Assembly (NCBI GenBank): GCA_963745235.1 | Contig: CAVUXE010000035.1 | Coordinates: forward strand, 32,001-96,000 | Length of the DNA stretch: 64,000 bases | Direction of reading: 5' to 3' | Source: an uncultured Spirochaetota bacterium | GTDB lineage: Bacteria; Spirochaetota; Spirochaetia; SZUA-6; Fen-1364 | Shown here: positions 37,918 to 50,056 of the stretch, one piece after another | How the letters are laid out: every line of letters begins with the position of its first letter | Numbering within the stretch: the first letter of the stretch is position 1 | Made by a program: the position numbers and the translations under genes | The notes under the pieces: generated by a model | The model's input: the letters and a program-made list of their open reading frames with translations, nothing else | The model's database searches: none | Told to the model about the DNA's origin: nothing

Positions 37918-40012
37918 ATGATTGATCAACTGGCCGTGGCGGGAAAAAGACTCTTCTTCCTTTGCCTGGGCGCAATGCTCCTCCCCGCGCTTGCCTCAGC
38001 GCAATCTCCGGCGCCGCCCGTGAGGGCGCAGGTAATAGCTGAAAGTACCTCCATCCATCCCGGCAGTCCGTTCCTGGTGGCGGTCAATTTTCATATCCAG
38101 CCGGGATGGCATATCTACTGGAAGAATCCGGGGGATACCGGCCTCCCCACCACCGTGCAGTGGGATCTCCCGAAGGGCTTTTCAGCGCATGACCTCCAGT
38201 GGCCCGTCCCGCGGAAGTTCGTGTCCCAGGGGCTTGCCTCGTATGGCTACGAGGGGGAGGTCTCGCTTCTGGCGCAGATTGACCCCCCGGCTGATCTTGC
38301 CCCTGGAAACGTGCCCATACGCGCTCACGCAGGCTGGCTCGCATGCAGGATAGAATGCACGCCCGGCAAGGCGGATCTTTCCGCTTTCCTGCCCGTTGAG
38401 CCCGGGGTCCCGGCGATGGACGGCCGCCGGGCCGCGTTTTTCCGGGCTGCCCGTTCCCTGATGCCAGCCCCAGCTCCAGGCGCGTCGTTCAGCGCTCAAT
38501 CAGGCCGCGGCCGGATCCTGCTCCAGGTGGATGGTCTTTCCGTCCCCTCCGGGGCAACCGCGTACTTCGCTCCTCTGGATACGGGCCTTCTTGCGGAAGG
38601 TGCTCCCCAGAGCCCTCAGGTGGGCGCAACGTCGGTGTCAATCGACATGCAGCTCGCAAAGGGGGCGGACGCGCCGCGCGTTCATGGCGTCCTTGTCGTC
38701 CAGGACAAGTCCGGAGCCCGGGGGATCGATGTCGACACGCCAGTGGCGGGCGCCGCGGCGGCTTCGACTCAGCCTGCCAGCCCGGGGATGCAAGGCCTCC
38801 TGATAGCCCTTGCGCTCGCCTTTGTCGGCGGCCTGATCCTGAACCTCATGCCGTGCGTGCTTCCCGTGATTTCGCTGAAAGTTCTCTCCTTTGTCCGCAC
38901 CTCGAGTGAGGGGGGGGGAAGCGCCCTGCGGCATGGGCTGCTCTTTGCCGCGGGAGTGCTGGTCTCCTTCTGGGCGATTGCCGGCCTCCTTGTGGCACTG
39001 CGAGCGGGCGGACAGCTCATCGGGTGGGGCTTCCAGTTCCAGAGCCCTGCCGTGGTCACCATCACCGCGGCCGTCTTTTTCCTCATTGCGCTGAACCTGC
39101 TTGACGTTTTCGAGCTCCGGCTCCCCATCCGCATGGCCCGTCCGGTCTCCCCCGGCGGAGGCACCGGGTCATTCCTGAGCGGTCTTCTTGCCACGGCGGT
39201 TGCCACGCCATGCACCGCTCCTTTCATGGGTGGCGCGCTTGGGTATGCGCTGACGCAGCCCCCGGCCGTGGGGTTTGGGGTATTCACGGCTCTCGCGCTC
39301 GGGCTGGCCGCACCGTACGTGGTCCTCTCCGCCGTGCCCGGCCTTGTCAAACGGGTCCCGAAACCGGGGGCGTGGATGGTGACGCTTCGGCAGGTGCTCG
39401 CTTTCCCGATGCTGGGCGCCGTCATATGGATGCTGTATGTGCTGGAGACCCAGGCCGGCTTTCCCGCGCTTCTGGTGCTTCTCTGCTCACTTCTTCTGGC
39501 AGGCCTCGGCGCGTGGATTTACGGAAGGTGGGGAGGCCTGGACAAGAGCTTCCGTTCCCGGGTGACAGCCGCCGCGTTCAGCTTCATCCTGGTGGTGGGC
39601 ACAACGGCATTTGCCGCGGTGAGGTCCTCCGCCACGCCGGACCCGACCGCTGTTGCACCGGCGCCTTCGTCATGGGAAAGCTGGACTCCCCAGCGGCTCG
39701 CGGAGCTCCAGGCCAGCCGGCACGCCCGTGTTTGTCGACTTCACGGCGCGCTGGTGCCTGACATGCCAGGTAAACGAGAAGGTCGCGCTTCAGAACCCCG
39801 CGGTGCAGCAGGCTTTCCGTGCGGCAGGGGTGGCCACGATGCGGGCGGACTGGACGGACCGCAGCGATGCCATTGCCAGGGTGCTCGCCAGCTACGGCCG
39901 GGCTGGAGTGCCGGTGTACGCGTTGTATTCCAAAGGCTCCACGGAACCGGTGCTTCTTCCCGAGCTTCTCACCCCTGCTGTCGTCCTGGAGGCGCTGAAA
40001 AGGCTCCCCTGA
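37918..40012 (+). CDS. dsbD: DsbD-family thiol:disulfide interchange protein (frameshift at ~39720)
   Basis: WHIYWKNPGDTG, ACRIEC, NLMPCVLPV, ATPCTAPF; thioredoxin motif FTARWCLTCQ in the shifted frame. Confidence 0.88.
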
Positions 40013-40062
40013 GCACGGACGCTCCCTTTCGGCGTCGCGCGCTCTCGAGTCGCGCGCTTTTG

Positions 40063-40091
40063 TTGACCCCCGGAGTCGGTGTCACTATAAT
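40063..40091 (+). promoter_or_regulatory. Sigma70 promoter of the gltX operon
   Basis: TTGACC-17 nt-TATAAT. Confidence 0.75.
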
Positions 40092-40124
40092 GCGTCATTC
40101 GATTCTTCTTTGGAGGCTTCCTTC

Positions 40125-41586
40125 GTGAGCGTCAGAGTCCGCTACGCGCCGTCTCCGACAGGGTACCAGCACATCGGGGGCGTACGCACCGCGCTGTATA
40201 ACTACCTCTTCGCCCGTTCGCAGGGGGGAACGTTCATCCTCCGCATCGAGGATACGGACCGTGAAAGGTTCGTGGAAGACGCCGTGAAGGACATCTATGA
40301 GACATTCTCCTGGCTGGGTTTCCACTGGGACGAAGGACCCGACGTCGGGGGGCCCAGCGGTCCGTACTTCCAGTCCCAGAGACTGGAGCTCTATAAAGCG
40401 CATGCGGCCGAGCTCCTGGAAAAAGGACACGCTTACCGGTGCTACTGCACGCCGGAGCGCCTTTCCCGGCTTCGGGAGGAGCAGGCGGCCGCGAAGTCAG
40501 GCCAGGGCTACGACCGGCACTGCCGCTCCCTGAGCGACGCGGAGCGGCGGGAGGCCGAAGCCTCCGGCGCTTCATCCGTCATCCGGCTCAAGGTGCCGCT
40601 TGAAGGGGCAACGACGTTTACGGATCTCCTGCTGGGGGATATCACGGTTTCGAACTCGGACATCAACCCGGACCCCGTGCTCATCAAGTCTGACGGATTC
40701 CCCACCTACCACATGGGCAACGTGGTGGATGACCACCTCATGGAGATCACTCACATCATGCGCGCCCAGGAATGGCTGCCGTCCGCGCCGCTGCACATGA
40801 TCATCTACCGCGCCCTCGGGTGGGAGCCGCCCAAGCTCTGCCATCTGCCCATGGTCATGGGCAAAGACGGCCAGAAGCTTTCCAAGCGCCACGGCGCCAC
40901 CAACGTTCGGGAGTTCCGTCGTCTCGGGTATCTTCCGGAAGCGCTCCTCAACTATATTGCGCTCGTGGGGTGGTCGTACGACGATTCCCGGGAGTTCTTC
41001 AGCCGGGAGGAGCTCGAGAAGCTTTTCAGCCTGGAGAAGATCAACAAGGCCCCCGCGGTATTCGACTATCAGAAGCTGGAGTGGTTCAACGGCAACTACA
41101 TGCGCAAGAAGACCGCGGATGAGATGGCCAGCTTGATCGAGCCGGTCATCAAGGAAGCGGGTTTCACGGCGGACAGCGAGATGCTGCGGCGGATAGCTCC
41201 GCTCATCCAGGAGCGGGTGAAGCTGCTCTCCGAGGTCCCCGACATGGTCCGTTTCCTGTTCGAGGACCCGGCGCCACCGGCCCCGGAGGCGCTCATCCCG
41301 AAGAAGGCGGATGCCGCAAAGGCGCTGGCGGCCCTGCGGAGGGCGGACGTCCTCCTGGGAGAGCTGTCCGACCTGGGAGAAGAGGCGGAGACGAGGTTCC
41401 GCGCCCTGGCGGATGAGCTGGGCATGAAGCTGGGGGACCTTCTCATGCCCGTGCGCATTGCGGTCACCGGCGCCAAGGTCTCCCCGCCGCTTTTTGGAAG
41501 CATTGCGGGCAATGGGAGTGGATCGGGCCAGGGCCCGAATGGCGCGAGCCATCTCGGTCCTCGCCGAATATGCGGGAAGGAGTTGA
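40125..41586 (+). CDS. gltX: Glutamate-tRNA ligase (frameshift at ~41505)
   Basis: RYAPSPTGYQHIGG, RIEDTD, KLSKR; the true C-terminus RAMGVDRARARMARAI... ends at TGA 41586. Confidence 0.93.
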
Positions 41587-41590
41587 AGGA

Positions 41591-43055
41591 ATGGCGGAAA
41601 AGTCGGACGTCAGGGCCGAACCTGTCACCATGGACACATCTGGTCTCCCTCACAAAGCGCCGAGGGTTTATATTCCCTTCCAGCGAGATCTACGGCGGGC
41701 TTGCCTCCGCGTGGGACTACGGCCCCATGGGAGTGGAGCTGAAGAAGCGCATCCAGGAGTTCTGGTGGCGGGAGATGACCCAGCTCCACGAGAACATCGT
41801 CGGGCTGGACGCCGCCATCATGATGCACCCGAGGGTGTGGGAGGCCTCCGGCCACGTGGAGAACTTCACCGATCCCCTCATTGACTGCAAGAACTGCAAG
41901 CACCGCTTCCGCGCTGACCAGATCCCTGAAGAGAACCTGAAGACGCATAAGTGCCCGGACTGCGGCGCAACCCAGCTCACCGAGGCGCGCAAGTTCAACC
42001 TGATGTTCACCACGCACATGGGACCGGTGGAGGACGAGGGCGGGCTGATCTACCTGCGTCCCGAGACCGCGCAGGGAATCTACGTCAACTACAAGAACGT
42101 CCTGCAGACCGGGCGCGTGAAGGTCCCCTTCGGCATCGCCCAGGTGGGCAAGGCCTTCCGCAACGAGATCACCACGAAGAACTTCATCTTCCGCACGTGC
42201 GAGTTCGAGCAGATGGAGATGCAGTTCTTCATCCATCCCTCGGAAGACGCCAGGTGGTTCGAGCACTGGAAGGGCAAGAGACTCCAGTTCTACATCGACC
42301 TGGGGATCAGGCCGGAGAAGCTGCGCTTCCATCAGCACGGGCCGGATGAGCTTGCCCACTACGCGAAGCTCGCCTTCGACATCCAGTACGAGTTCCCCTT
42401 CGGGTGGAAGGAGCTGGAAGGCATCCACAACCGCACGGACTACGATTTGAAGCGCCACACCGAGTTCTCGGGAAAGGACCTGTCGTACCTGGACGAGGTG
42501 ACCCATGAGCGCTACATCCCCTACATCATCGAAACCTCAGCCGGCTTGACCCGGACCGTGCTCGTCGCCCTGGCGGACGCCTACGACGAAGAGGTCGTGG
42601 AAGGAGAGAAAAGGGTCGTCCTGCGCTTCCATCCCCGCATCGCCCCCACCACCATCGGGGTCTTCCCGCTCGTGAAGAAGGACGGTCTTGCGGAGATCGC
42701 GCACAAGCTCTCCGACGAGCTCTGTGAGGAGTTCCGCACGTTCTACGACGAGAGCGGCGCCATCGGAAGGCGCTACCGCCGCCAGGACGAGGTGGGGACG
42801 CCTTTCTGCGTGACGGTGGACTACCAGACCAAGGATGACCAGACGGTCACCATCAGGTTCAGGGACTCCATGGAACAGGTCCGCGTGAAGATGGCGGAGA
42901 TTGCCCCGACCATCCGCACGTCCATCAAGGAGTACAAGCGGGTGGGGGAGGGACCAGCGGAGGAGCATCGGCGTGAACGGGGTTTTCGACACGCTCAAGG
43001 AGCGCGGCTTTGTCAGCCAGTGCTCCAACGAGGAAGGGCTGCGCACGCTCCTTGA
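41591..43055 (+). CDS. glyQS: Glycine-tRNA ligase, alpha2 (GlyQS) type (frameshift at ~41638; 3' end uncertain)
   Basis: KRRGFIFPSSEIYGG, YLRPETAQG, FRNEIT, IETSAG, IGRRYRRQDEVGTP. Confidence 0.93.
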
Positions 43056-44205
43056 TTCAGAGCGGGTCACGTTCTACATCGGGTTTGATCCCACCGCGGA
43101 GAGCCTCCATATCGGGCACCTGCAGCAGTTGATGTTCATGGCGCACCTGCAGCGGGCCGGTCACCGGCCCATCGCGCTTGTCGGCGGCGGAACCACCCGC
43201 ATCGGGGATCCGACGGGTCGGACGGAAAGCAGAAAGATCATGCCCGTGGAGACCATCGCCGCAAACGCCGAGCTGTTCCGAAAGCAGATCTCGCGCTTCC
43301 TGGATTTCAGCGGGGACAAGGCGCTGATGCTGGACAATGCGGAATGGCTCGCGCCGCTGAACTACATCGAGTTCCTTCGAGACATCGGGGTGCACTTCTC
43401 CGTCAACAGGATGCTTTCCTTCGAAACCTACAAGATGCGGCTGGAGACGGGCCTCTCATTCATCGAGTTCAACTACCAGCTCCTCCAGTCCTATGACTAC
43501 CTGGTGCTTTTCAGAAGGTTCGGCTGCCGCCTGCAGATGGGGGGAGATGACCAGTGGGGCAACATCGTGGCGGGCATGGACCTCATCCGCCGCGCGGAGG
43601 GCGTCGAGGCTTTTGCGCTTACCTCGCCGCTCATAACGCGGTCAGACGGCAAGAAGATGGGGAAGTCTGAGGGCGGCGCCCTGTTTCTCGCTCCCCACCT
43701 GGTGAGCCCGTACGAGTTCTACCAGTTCTGGGTGAACGTGCCCGATGCGGATCTGAACCAGTTCTTCCTGCGGTTCACCTTCCTCCCCGTGGAGGAAGTG
43801 CGGACCCTTTGCTCCGCAAAGGATGCAAAGATCAACGATGCGAAGCGCAGGCTTGCCCTGGAGATAACCTCCCTGGTGCACGGGGAAGCCGCCGCGAAAG
43901 AAGCTGCGGAGGCATCCCGCGCCGCATTCCAGACTGACGACGGGGCGGATCTCTCCGGAGTTCCGTCGCTCTCCCTGCCGCGGGGAGAAATCGAGAAAGG
44001 GATTCCCGTGGTGGACCTTTTCGTTCGCGCCGGACTGTGCATCACCAAGAGCGACGCGCGCCGGCTCGTCTCCCAGGGCGGGGCGTACGTGAGCAGGAAG
44101 AACGTGACCGACATCAACGCCGTGGTGTCCGTTGACTCCGCGGAGGATGGCGTCATTCTCCTTCGAGCGGGCAAGAAGAGGTATTTCCGCGTCATCCTGG
44201 GCTGA
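42973..44205 (+). CDS. tyrS: Tyrosine-tRNA ligase
   Basis: YIGFDPTAESLHIGH, QMGGDDQWGN, KMGKS and a C-terminal S4 domain. Confidence 0.96.
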   Translation: MNGVFDTLKERGFVSQCSNEEGLRTLLDSERVTFYIGFDPTAESLHIGHLQQLMFMAHLQRAGHRPIALVGGGTTRIGDPTGRTESRKIMPVETIAANAELFRKQISRFLDFSGDKALMLDNAEWLAPLNYIEFLRDIGVHFSVNRMLSFETYKMRLETGLSFIEFNYQLLQSYDYLVLFRRFGCRLQMGGDDQWGNIVAGMDLIRRAEGVEAFALTSPLITRSDGKKMGKSEGGALFLAPHLVSPYEFYQFWVNVPDADLNQFFLRFTFLPVEEVRTLCSAKDAKINDAKRRLALEITSLVHGEAAAKEAAEASRAAFQTDDGADLSGVPSLSLPRGEIEKGIPVVDLFVRAGLCITKSDARRLVSQGGAYVSRKNVTDINAVVSVDSAEDGVILLRAGKKRYFRVILG

Positions 44206-44217
44206 AGATGGTGCACC

Positions 44218-46149
44218 TTGTCTACGGCTGAATACCTGTACGCGTGCCTGCTCCTCGTTCATGTCCTCACCGCCGCGGCCATCCTGGTCTTCAAGAAACC
44301 TTCCTTCCTTCTCCTGCGCGCGCCGGAGCTGCTTTTTGCCCTGGCGGGCATCCTTTTCCTCTTTTCGTACATCTACGCGACCAACGCGAACATGGACTAC
44401 GTCCAGCGATTCATGGCGACCCATGGCAACCTTCGGCTGGCTCCTGACAGCTCGAAGGAGCGCCTCACCGCGTACCTGCGCTATCTGCCGCTCCTGGTCG
44501 TCGACGCGGCGGCAACCTGGTACTTCCGGTCCCGCGGGAGGCGTGGGGCCTTCACTGCCGCCGGCTCTCTCACTCTCGTGGAAACATGGGCCCTTCCGTG
44601 CTCCATCGCGTCAGGAGTTCTGTACGCGCTCGCGGCGCCATCATTCATCCGCACGGGTGGAATGCCGATCCTTGCGTGGGTGTGCCTGGTCCCTCTCCTG
44701 GTTGTCCTTGAGAACGTGAGCCTGCCCCAGGGCATCTTCTACGGGACACTGGCAGGCGTCATCCAGACCATGATATCCAACTTCTGGCTGGGAACCTTCA
44801 ACCTGCTGACCTTGCAGTTCGTCACGGCGCTTCTCCTGCTCGAATACGTCCCCTTCATGGCAGCGTCACTCGTTGCCTTCCACAAGAGCAGGGGGGCCGG
44901 TTACCTGGTTTTCCCGGCCGCGTGGATTGTCTTCGACTGGCTGAGGTCCCAGGGGTTCCTCGGTTATCCGTGGGGCATGCTCGGCTCCACCCAGTATTCC
45001 GTCATACCGCTGATCCAGATTGCCGCCGTGACCGGCGTCTGGGGAGTCACGTTCGTCGTCACCCTGGCAAACAGCGTGCTGGCGTGGTACATCTCGGGCC
45101 GGGTGAAAGGCGTGAAACGGGGCTGGGCGCCGGCCACAGCGCTTGCGGCGGTCCTGGCCGCCAGCTTCACCTGGGGGGCCGTGCGGATCTGGACGCCCAC
45201 GGGCGCCGGCAGCCGCGGTGGCGCCGCAGCCGGCGCTCCCGGAACCGTCCGCATCGCCCTTGTCCAGCAGGATACCGACCCTCGCAAGGACGACTACCGG
45301 GATGACTTCAAGATTCTTCAACGCCTGACCGGCGAAGCGCTGTCGAGCAACCCCGACCTCGTGGTCTGGTCTGAGACGGCTTTTGTGCCCAACATACGAC
45401 GATGGAGCAAAGAGGACCCCGCGAAGTACGATCTTGCGGCCCTGGTCAGAGACTTCCTCGCCTATCAACGGGGCATCGGTCATTGGCTTCTCACGGGCAA
45501 CGACGACTACGAGTTTGTCCTCCGCGGCGGCGTGCAGGAGCGGCTTGACTACAATGGCGCCGTGCTGTTCTCCCCCGCGGGGGAGCGGGTGGAGACGTAT
45601 CACAAGATGCACCTCGTTCCCTTCACCGAGTACTTTCCCTTCAAGAAGCAGCTTCCCTGGCTGTACAACTTTCTCCTGAGCTTCGATGCGTACCTCTGGG
45701 AGCCGGGGCACCGACGAGTGGTTTTCCATCATCCCCTCTTCACTTTTTCGACTCCGATCTGTTTCGAGGATTCTTTCCCCAACGACGTGCGCCTTTTCGT
45801 CAAAGCGGGAGCCCAGGTCATTCTCAACCTGTCCAACGACTACTGGTCACAGACGGACACGGAAGCCATGCAGCATGCCGCCAACGCCGTCTTTCGCGCG
45901 GTGGAAAACGGCCGGCCCCTCGCGCGCGCCGCGGCTTCCGGTTTGACCTGCGTGGTTGACACCCGGGGCCGCATCACGGCGCGCAGCCCGCTGTACGAGC
46001 AGAGCTTCCTTGTCGCGGACATCCCGCTTCCCGCTCCGGGCTTCACCATCTACACGATGTTCGGGGACTGGTTCCCGCCCGCCATGGGGATCGGTCTGTT
46101 CATTGCAGCGGGGATCAGCGCTCGCAGGCGGTCCCGGTCGAACGGGTGA
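44218..46149 (+). CDS. lnt: Apolipoprotein N-acyltransferase with extra N-terminal membrane segment
   Basis: GYPW..LG, VVWSET, KMHLVPFTE, PICFED, LSNDYW, RAVENG. Confidence 0.88.
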   Translation: MSTAEYLYACLLLVHVLTAAAILVFKKPSFLLLRAPELLFALAGILFLFSYIYATNANMDYVQRFMATHGNLRLAPDSSKERLTAYLRYLPLLVVDAAATWYFRSRGRRGAFTAAGSLTLVETWALPCSIASGVLYALAAPSFIRTGGMPILAWVCLVPLLVVLENVSLPQGIFYGTLAGVIQTMISNFWLGTFNLLTLQFVTALLLLEYVPFMAASLVAFHKSRGAGYLVFPAAWIVFDWLRSQGFLGYPWGMLGSTQYSVIPLIQIAAVTGVWGVTFVVTLANSVLAWYISGRVKGVKRGWAPATALAAVLAASFTWGAVRIWTPTGAGSRGGAAAGAPGTVRIALVQQDTDPRKDDYRDDFKILQRLTGEALSSNPDLVVWSETAFVPNIRRWSKEDPAKYDLAALVRDFLAYQRGIGHWLLTGNDDYEFVLRGGVQERLDYNGAVLFSPAGERVETYHKMHLVPFTEYFPFKKQLPWLYNFLLSFDAYLWEPGHRRVVFHHPLFTFSTPICFEDSFPNDVRLFVKAGAQVILNLSNDYWSQTDTEAMQHAANAVFRAVENGRPLARAAASGLTCVVDTRGRITARSPLYEQSFLVADIPLPAPGFTIYTMFGDWFPPAMGIGLFIAAGISARRRSRSNG

Positions 46150-46874
46150 TGAGATCCACGAGCCGCGCTTTTCTCTCCCTGTATTTGCGCCTCCGGGAGG
46201 CGTACGGCCCGCAGGGCTGGTGGCCGCTGCCCAGCATGGCGGGCGCGCGGGGCTTTGATTCCGGCGGCTACCACCGGGGCAGCTATCGCTGGCCGCGGTC
46301 CCCGGAAGGAAGATTCGAGATCATCCTGGGCGCCATCCTGACCCAGAACACGGCGTGGACGAACGTGGAGAAGGCGCTCGAGCGGCTTCGGCGGGCCGGG
46401 CTGGTCCTTCCCGACCAGTTCCTGCAGGTCCCGGCGCGCAGCCTCGCGCGTTTCATCCGTTCCTCTGGATACTTCAACCAGAAGGCGAAGAAGTTGAAAG
46501 CTGCCGCCCGGGTCTTCTCCCAGCCCGGCTTCCTGGAGCCGCGGTCCGCTCCTTCACGGGAGGATCTTCTTTCCCTGTGGGGAGTCGGGAGGGAGACCGC
46601 GGACTCGATTCTCCTCTACGCGTTCGGCCGACCCGTGTTCGTGGTGGACGCGTACACGCGGAGGATCTTCGGCCGGCTTGGGGTCTTCGATGGGACTGAG
46701 AGCTACGACCAGGTCCAGCAAAAGTTTCACGACCTGCTTCCGGCTCGTCCGCGGATCTACAACGAGATGCACGCGCTTATCGTGGAGCATGCAAAACAGC
46801 ACTGCCGCGCCACGCCGGTGTGCAGCGGCTGTCCGGTCTCCCTGTCCTGCCGCTATTTCAGCGCTTCTTCTTGA
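46146..46874 (+). CDS. Endonuclease III-related HhH-GPD protein
   Basis: GAILTQNTAWTNV, GVGRETADSILLYA, FVVDAYTRR, and a C-terminal Fe-S Cys cluster. Confidence 0.88.
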   Translation: MMRSTSRAFLSLYLRLREAYGPQGWWPLPSMAGARGFDSGGYHRGSYRWPRSPEGRFEIILGAILTQNTAWTNVEKALERLRRAGLVLPDQFLQVPARSLARFIRSSGYFNQKAKKLKAAARVFSQPGFLEPRSAPSREDLLSLWGVGRETADSILLYAFGRPVFVVDAYTRRIFGRLGVFDGTESYDQVQQKFHDLLPARPRIYNEMHALIVEHAKQHCRATPVCSGCPVSLSCRYFSASS

Positions 46875-46906
46875 ACCGGCGCGCTTTTTGCGCGACAATT
46901 CCGGCC

Positions 46907-48080
46907 ATGGCTCCCGAGAATCAAAGACGCATCGTGGTATGCGGTCACATCTGCCTTGACATCATTCCTGCGTTCCCTCCCGGCGGAGGGCAGGATTACT
47001 TCCGCCCCGGCAGGCTCTCGGTGGTCGAGGCGGCTGTGACTGCCACGGGAGGCACGGTTTCCAACGTCGGACTGAGCCTCCACAAGCTGGGGCTCCCCGT
47101 GCGCCTGGTGGCAAAGGTCGGCAATGATCCCTTCGGGGACATCGTTGTCCGGAAAATGACCCGAACGGCCGCGGACCTGGCCCGGAATATCACCCCTGTG
47201 GATGGAGAGATCACATCGTATACCGTGGTGCTGAATCCTCCCGGCGTCGACCGGATCCTCTTCCACTGCCCCGGCGCGAATGACACGTTCACCGACGCGG
47301 ACGTCCCTGACTCGGTGCTCACCGACGCGTCGCTCTTTCATTTCGGATATCCGCCGCTCATGAAAGGCATCTGGTCCGACGGAGGAAAGCGCCTGCTTCG
47401 CCTTCTGCTGCGGGCAAGGATGGGCGGAGCAATCACATCCCTGGACATGAGCCTCCCTGACCCGCAGAGCCCGTCCGGCAGGATCGACTGGGAATCATTT
47501 CTTGCCCAGGTGCTTCCGGGAGTCGACCTCTTTGTCCCCAGCATCGAGGAGTTCCTGTACATGGCTGATCGGCCCTCGTTCGACAGGCTTGCCTCCCGCG
47601 GAGGAGGGGAGGCCATTCTCCGGCAGATCAGCCTGCGGGAGACCCGCCTCCTTTCAGAGAAGGCCATTTCGGCCGGGGCATCGGCAATCCTCGTGAAGAT
47701 GGGGGACCGCGGCGCATACCTGAGGACAAGCAGAAAGGGCATCAGAGGCCTGGCGGGATGGTCCGACCGCGAGCTCTCCACGGCGGTTTTCAAAGTGCCG
47801 GAAGTCGGAGGAACGACCGGCTCGGGAGATGCGACAATTGCGGGGTTTCTTGCCTCGGTCTCGAAGGGTCTCGGGCCGGAGGAAGCCCTCACCATGGCTG
47901 TGGCAGTGGGGGCCTGCTGCGTGGAAGCGCCGGACGCCACCTCCGGCATCCGGCCCTGGAGCGAGACGGAGAAGCGGGTGAAGGAGGGTTGGCCACGCAC
48001 TGAAGCCCCGGGCGGCCGAGCCGGGTTGGAAGCTGCTTGACTCCGGCATCTGGGCGGGACCAGCGGACAGCGGACGCTGA
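46907..48080 (+). CDS. PfkB-family carbohydrate kinase (probable frameshift near 3' end)
   Basis: GGTVSNVG, KVGNDPFG, VKMGDRG, TTGSGDATIAGF. Confidence 0.85.
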
Positions 48081-48088
48081 AGCGGGGC

Positions 48089-49592
48089 TCAGGTTCCGGA
48101 ATCGAACACGGTTTTTCCCACCTCGTATCGGCTGACGTCCACGTTCTTTCGGTAGGTCGCAACATCCGCGAGCTCGCGCTCCAGCTCGGGAAACCTGTAG
48201 GCGAAAGAGCTCGACCCCTCCTGGACAACCGGCTCGGCCTTGAGCTGCGCCGCAAGGCGCTCCAGGATGCGTCGGGCGGTGGCCGCAAAGCTCCTGGGGT
48301 CGAGGTCAGACCCCTGCGGTCGGATGCTGCGGGCGTCCACCAGGGAAGGTGAGGAAAGCACCTGGCCCAGGATCTCCCCACGGAGGGCTTCCCTCCGGAT
48401 GGCCTCATTCTGCCGGGAAAGCCTGATCCTGCGAAAAAGGGGAACAAAGAAGAACACAATGGAAAAGAGCACAGGCACAATGCCGAGGCCAATGGTGAGA
48501 AACCCCATCGGGTCGATGCCGGCGTTCAGCAGCAGGTTCCCGGCGAAGGAATAGAGAAATGGCCCGGTCTTTGCCAGGGCCGCCGTGCCCTGGGTGAGGC
48601 TGATGCCAAGGAAGTATGCGCCGAAGAGCAGGTTGAACGAATTGAAGAAGATGATCCATCCGTTCGTTCTGCTCTTGTTCGCGGAAAACGGCACCGGGCG
48701 CCGCGCAGGCTCCGTCTGAAGCCGGACTGAGCCGCCGGCCTGGGCACTGCGGGACGTTCGCATCAGCTCCGGGAAAGAGTAGATCAACGTGCCATTGTCG
48801 GTGACCCCGGGCTCGCCCTCGAACTCGAGGAGGAGCCTGTTCATCAGCGCGTTGGCATCATCGCTCTCCCTGCCCGTCATCGCCATGAGCTCCTCCAGCG
48901 TAACACGCCCTTGTTGCCCTGGATGTAGGAGATGATGTGTTTCCGCTCCCGTTCCTCCCAGCCCTTGTTGGGATCACCGTCACCGAAGACGAAGCCGAAG
49001 ACCGATTTGTAGAACGCGCGGCCTTCCCGCGGCCTGCGTCTGGCATTGTCGGCGCCAAGGATGGACGACCAGAACCACATGCGCAGGATGAGGTCCAGGA
49101 GCTGCATGGCGAGGTACATGCCGCCGAATCCGCCGCCGCCTCCGCGGGACCGGTCGTCACGCCCGCCCCTGCCCGCCGCGCTTGCGGCCACCGAGGCGAC
49201 GATGGCAAGGACGCCAAGGGCCACGAACGCGACGAAGTAGCCGACGAGCATTGCCACGATCCAGATCTTGAAGAGGAAGGAGAGGACGCGTGGCCGCCCC
49301 GCGGGTGAAGCTTTTCCAGAACCGCCGCAACGGAAGGCCCGAAGCCGCGGACCGTGCTTCGCATCCCCGAGGGAAAGTAGTACAGCAGCTCGCCGGATTC
49401 CGTGACTTTCAATCGTCCCGCGTACTCATCCAGGGCCACCTTTGCGGCCTGCTCGACCTGGTATTTCGGAAGGCCCGTGCCGGAGATCATGTCCGCCACG
49501 GTGGATTCGCCCCGCCGGGTCTTCAGGAAAGAGACAAGCCTGTCCTCCACTTTCGCCATGGGGAAGTCATACACCTTGGGGACCGTCGCCAC
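48089..49592 (-). CDS. Hypothetical membrane protein (two frameshifts)
   Basis: ORFs 48858-49592, 48877-49257 and 48089-48886 join into one protein. The motif repeats as VTESGELLYYFP and VTDNGTLIYSFPEL. Confidence 0.65.
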
Positions 49593-49697
49593 GTTTCGCC
49601 CTCCTGACTCGAATACTCACTCGTCATATCAACGATATAACAACGGGGCGCAAATGACAAAGGAGGTCCGCGCGCTGACAGGTCCGCGCGGAGCCAC

Positions 49698-49726
49698 TTG
49701 ACAGATGGCCGCGCTTCCGATAGCTT
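49698..49726 (+). promoter_or_regulatory. Sigma70 promoter of rpsT
   Basis: TTGACA-17 nt-TAGCTT. Confidence 0.6.
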
Positions 49727-49776
49727 CACAACTTGTTACGACCCGCAATATTTGCAATCGCGTGGAGGTGCGTTAC

Positions 49777-50043
49777 TTGGCCAGGAATCTCTCGGCAGAA
49801 AAGAACGACAGGCAGGGCGAAAAGCGACGCCTGCGGAACAAGATGATCAAGAGCAGGGCGAAGACCCTCGTGAAGGACTTCGTCGAGCTCGTCGACGAAA
49901 AGAAGAAGGACGAGGCGCAGAAGAAGCTCGACCGAGCTGTCTTCCTTCCTCGACAAGGCGGTCTCGAAGGGGTCTATCATCGCAACACCGCCGCCCGCAA
50001 GAAGTCGCGGATGCATCACCTGCTCGGCGGGCTGAAAGCCTAG
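49777..50043 (+). CDS. rpsT: 30S ribosomal protein S20
   Basis: [17 protein letters not shown]; [14 protein letters not shown]; RBS GGAGGTG. Internal compensating indels are likely. Confidence 0.92.
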   Translation: MARNLSAEKNDRQGEKRRLRNKMIKSRAKTLVKDFVELVDEKKKDEAQKKLDRAVFLPRQGGLEGVYHRNTAARKKSRMHHLLGGLKA

Positions 50044-50056
50044 CGGGCAGCAAGCC

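Noticed and set aside
40110-43055. Apparent 981-aa GluRS-GlyRS fusion
   Set aside because: The natural gltX end (TGA 41586) and glyQS start (ATG 41591) are visible in other frames; two indels create the false fusion.
49664-49690. 11-bp direct repeat AGGTCCGCGCG (two copies) upstream of the rpsT promoter
   Set aside because: Only two GC-rich copies; not a CRISPR array and no supportable function.
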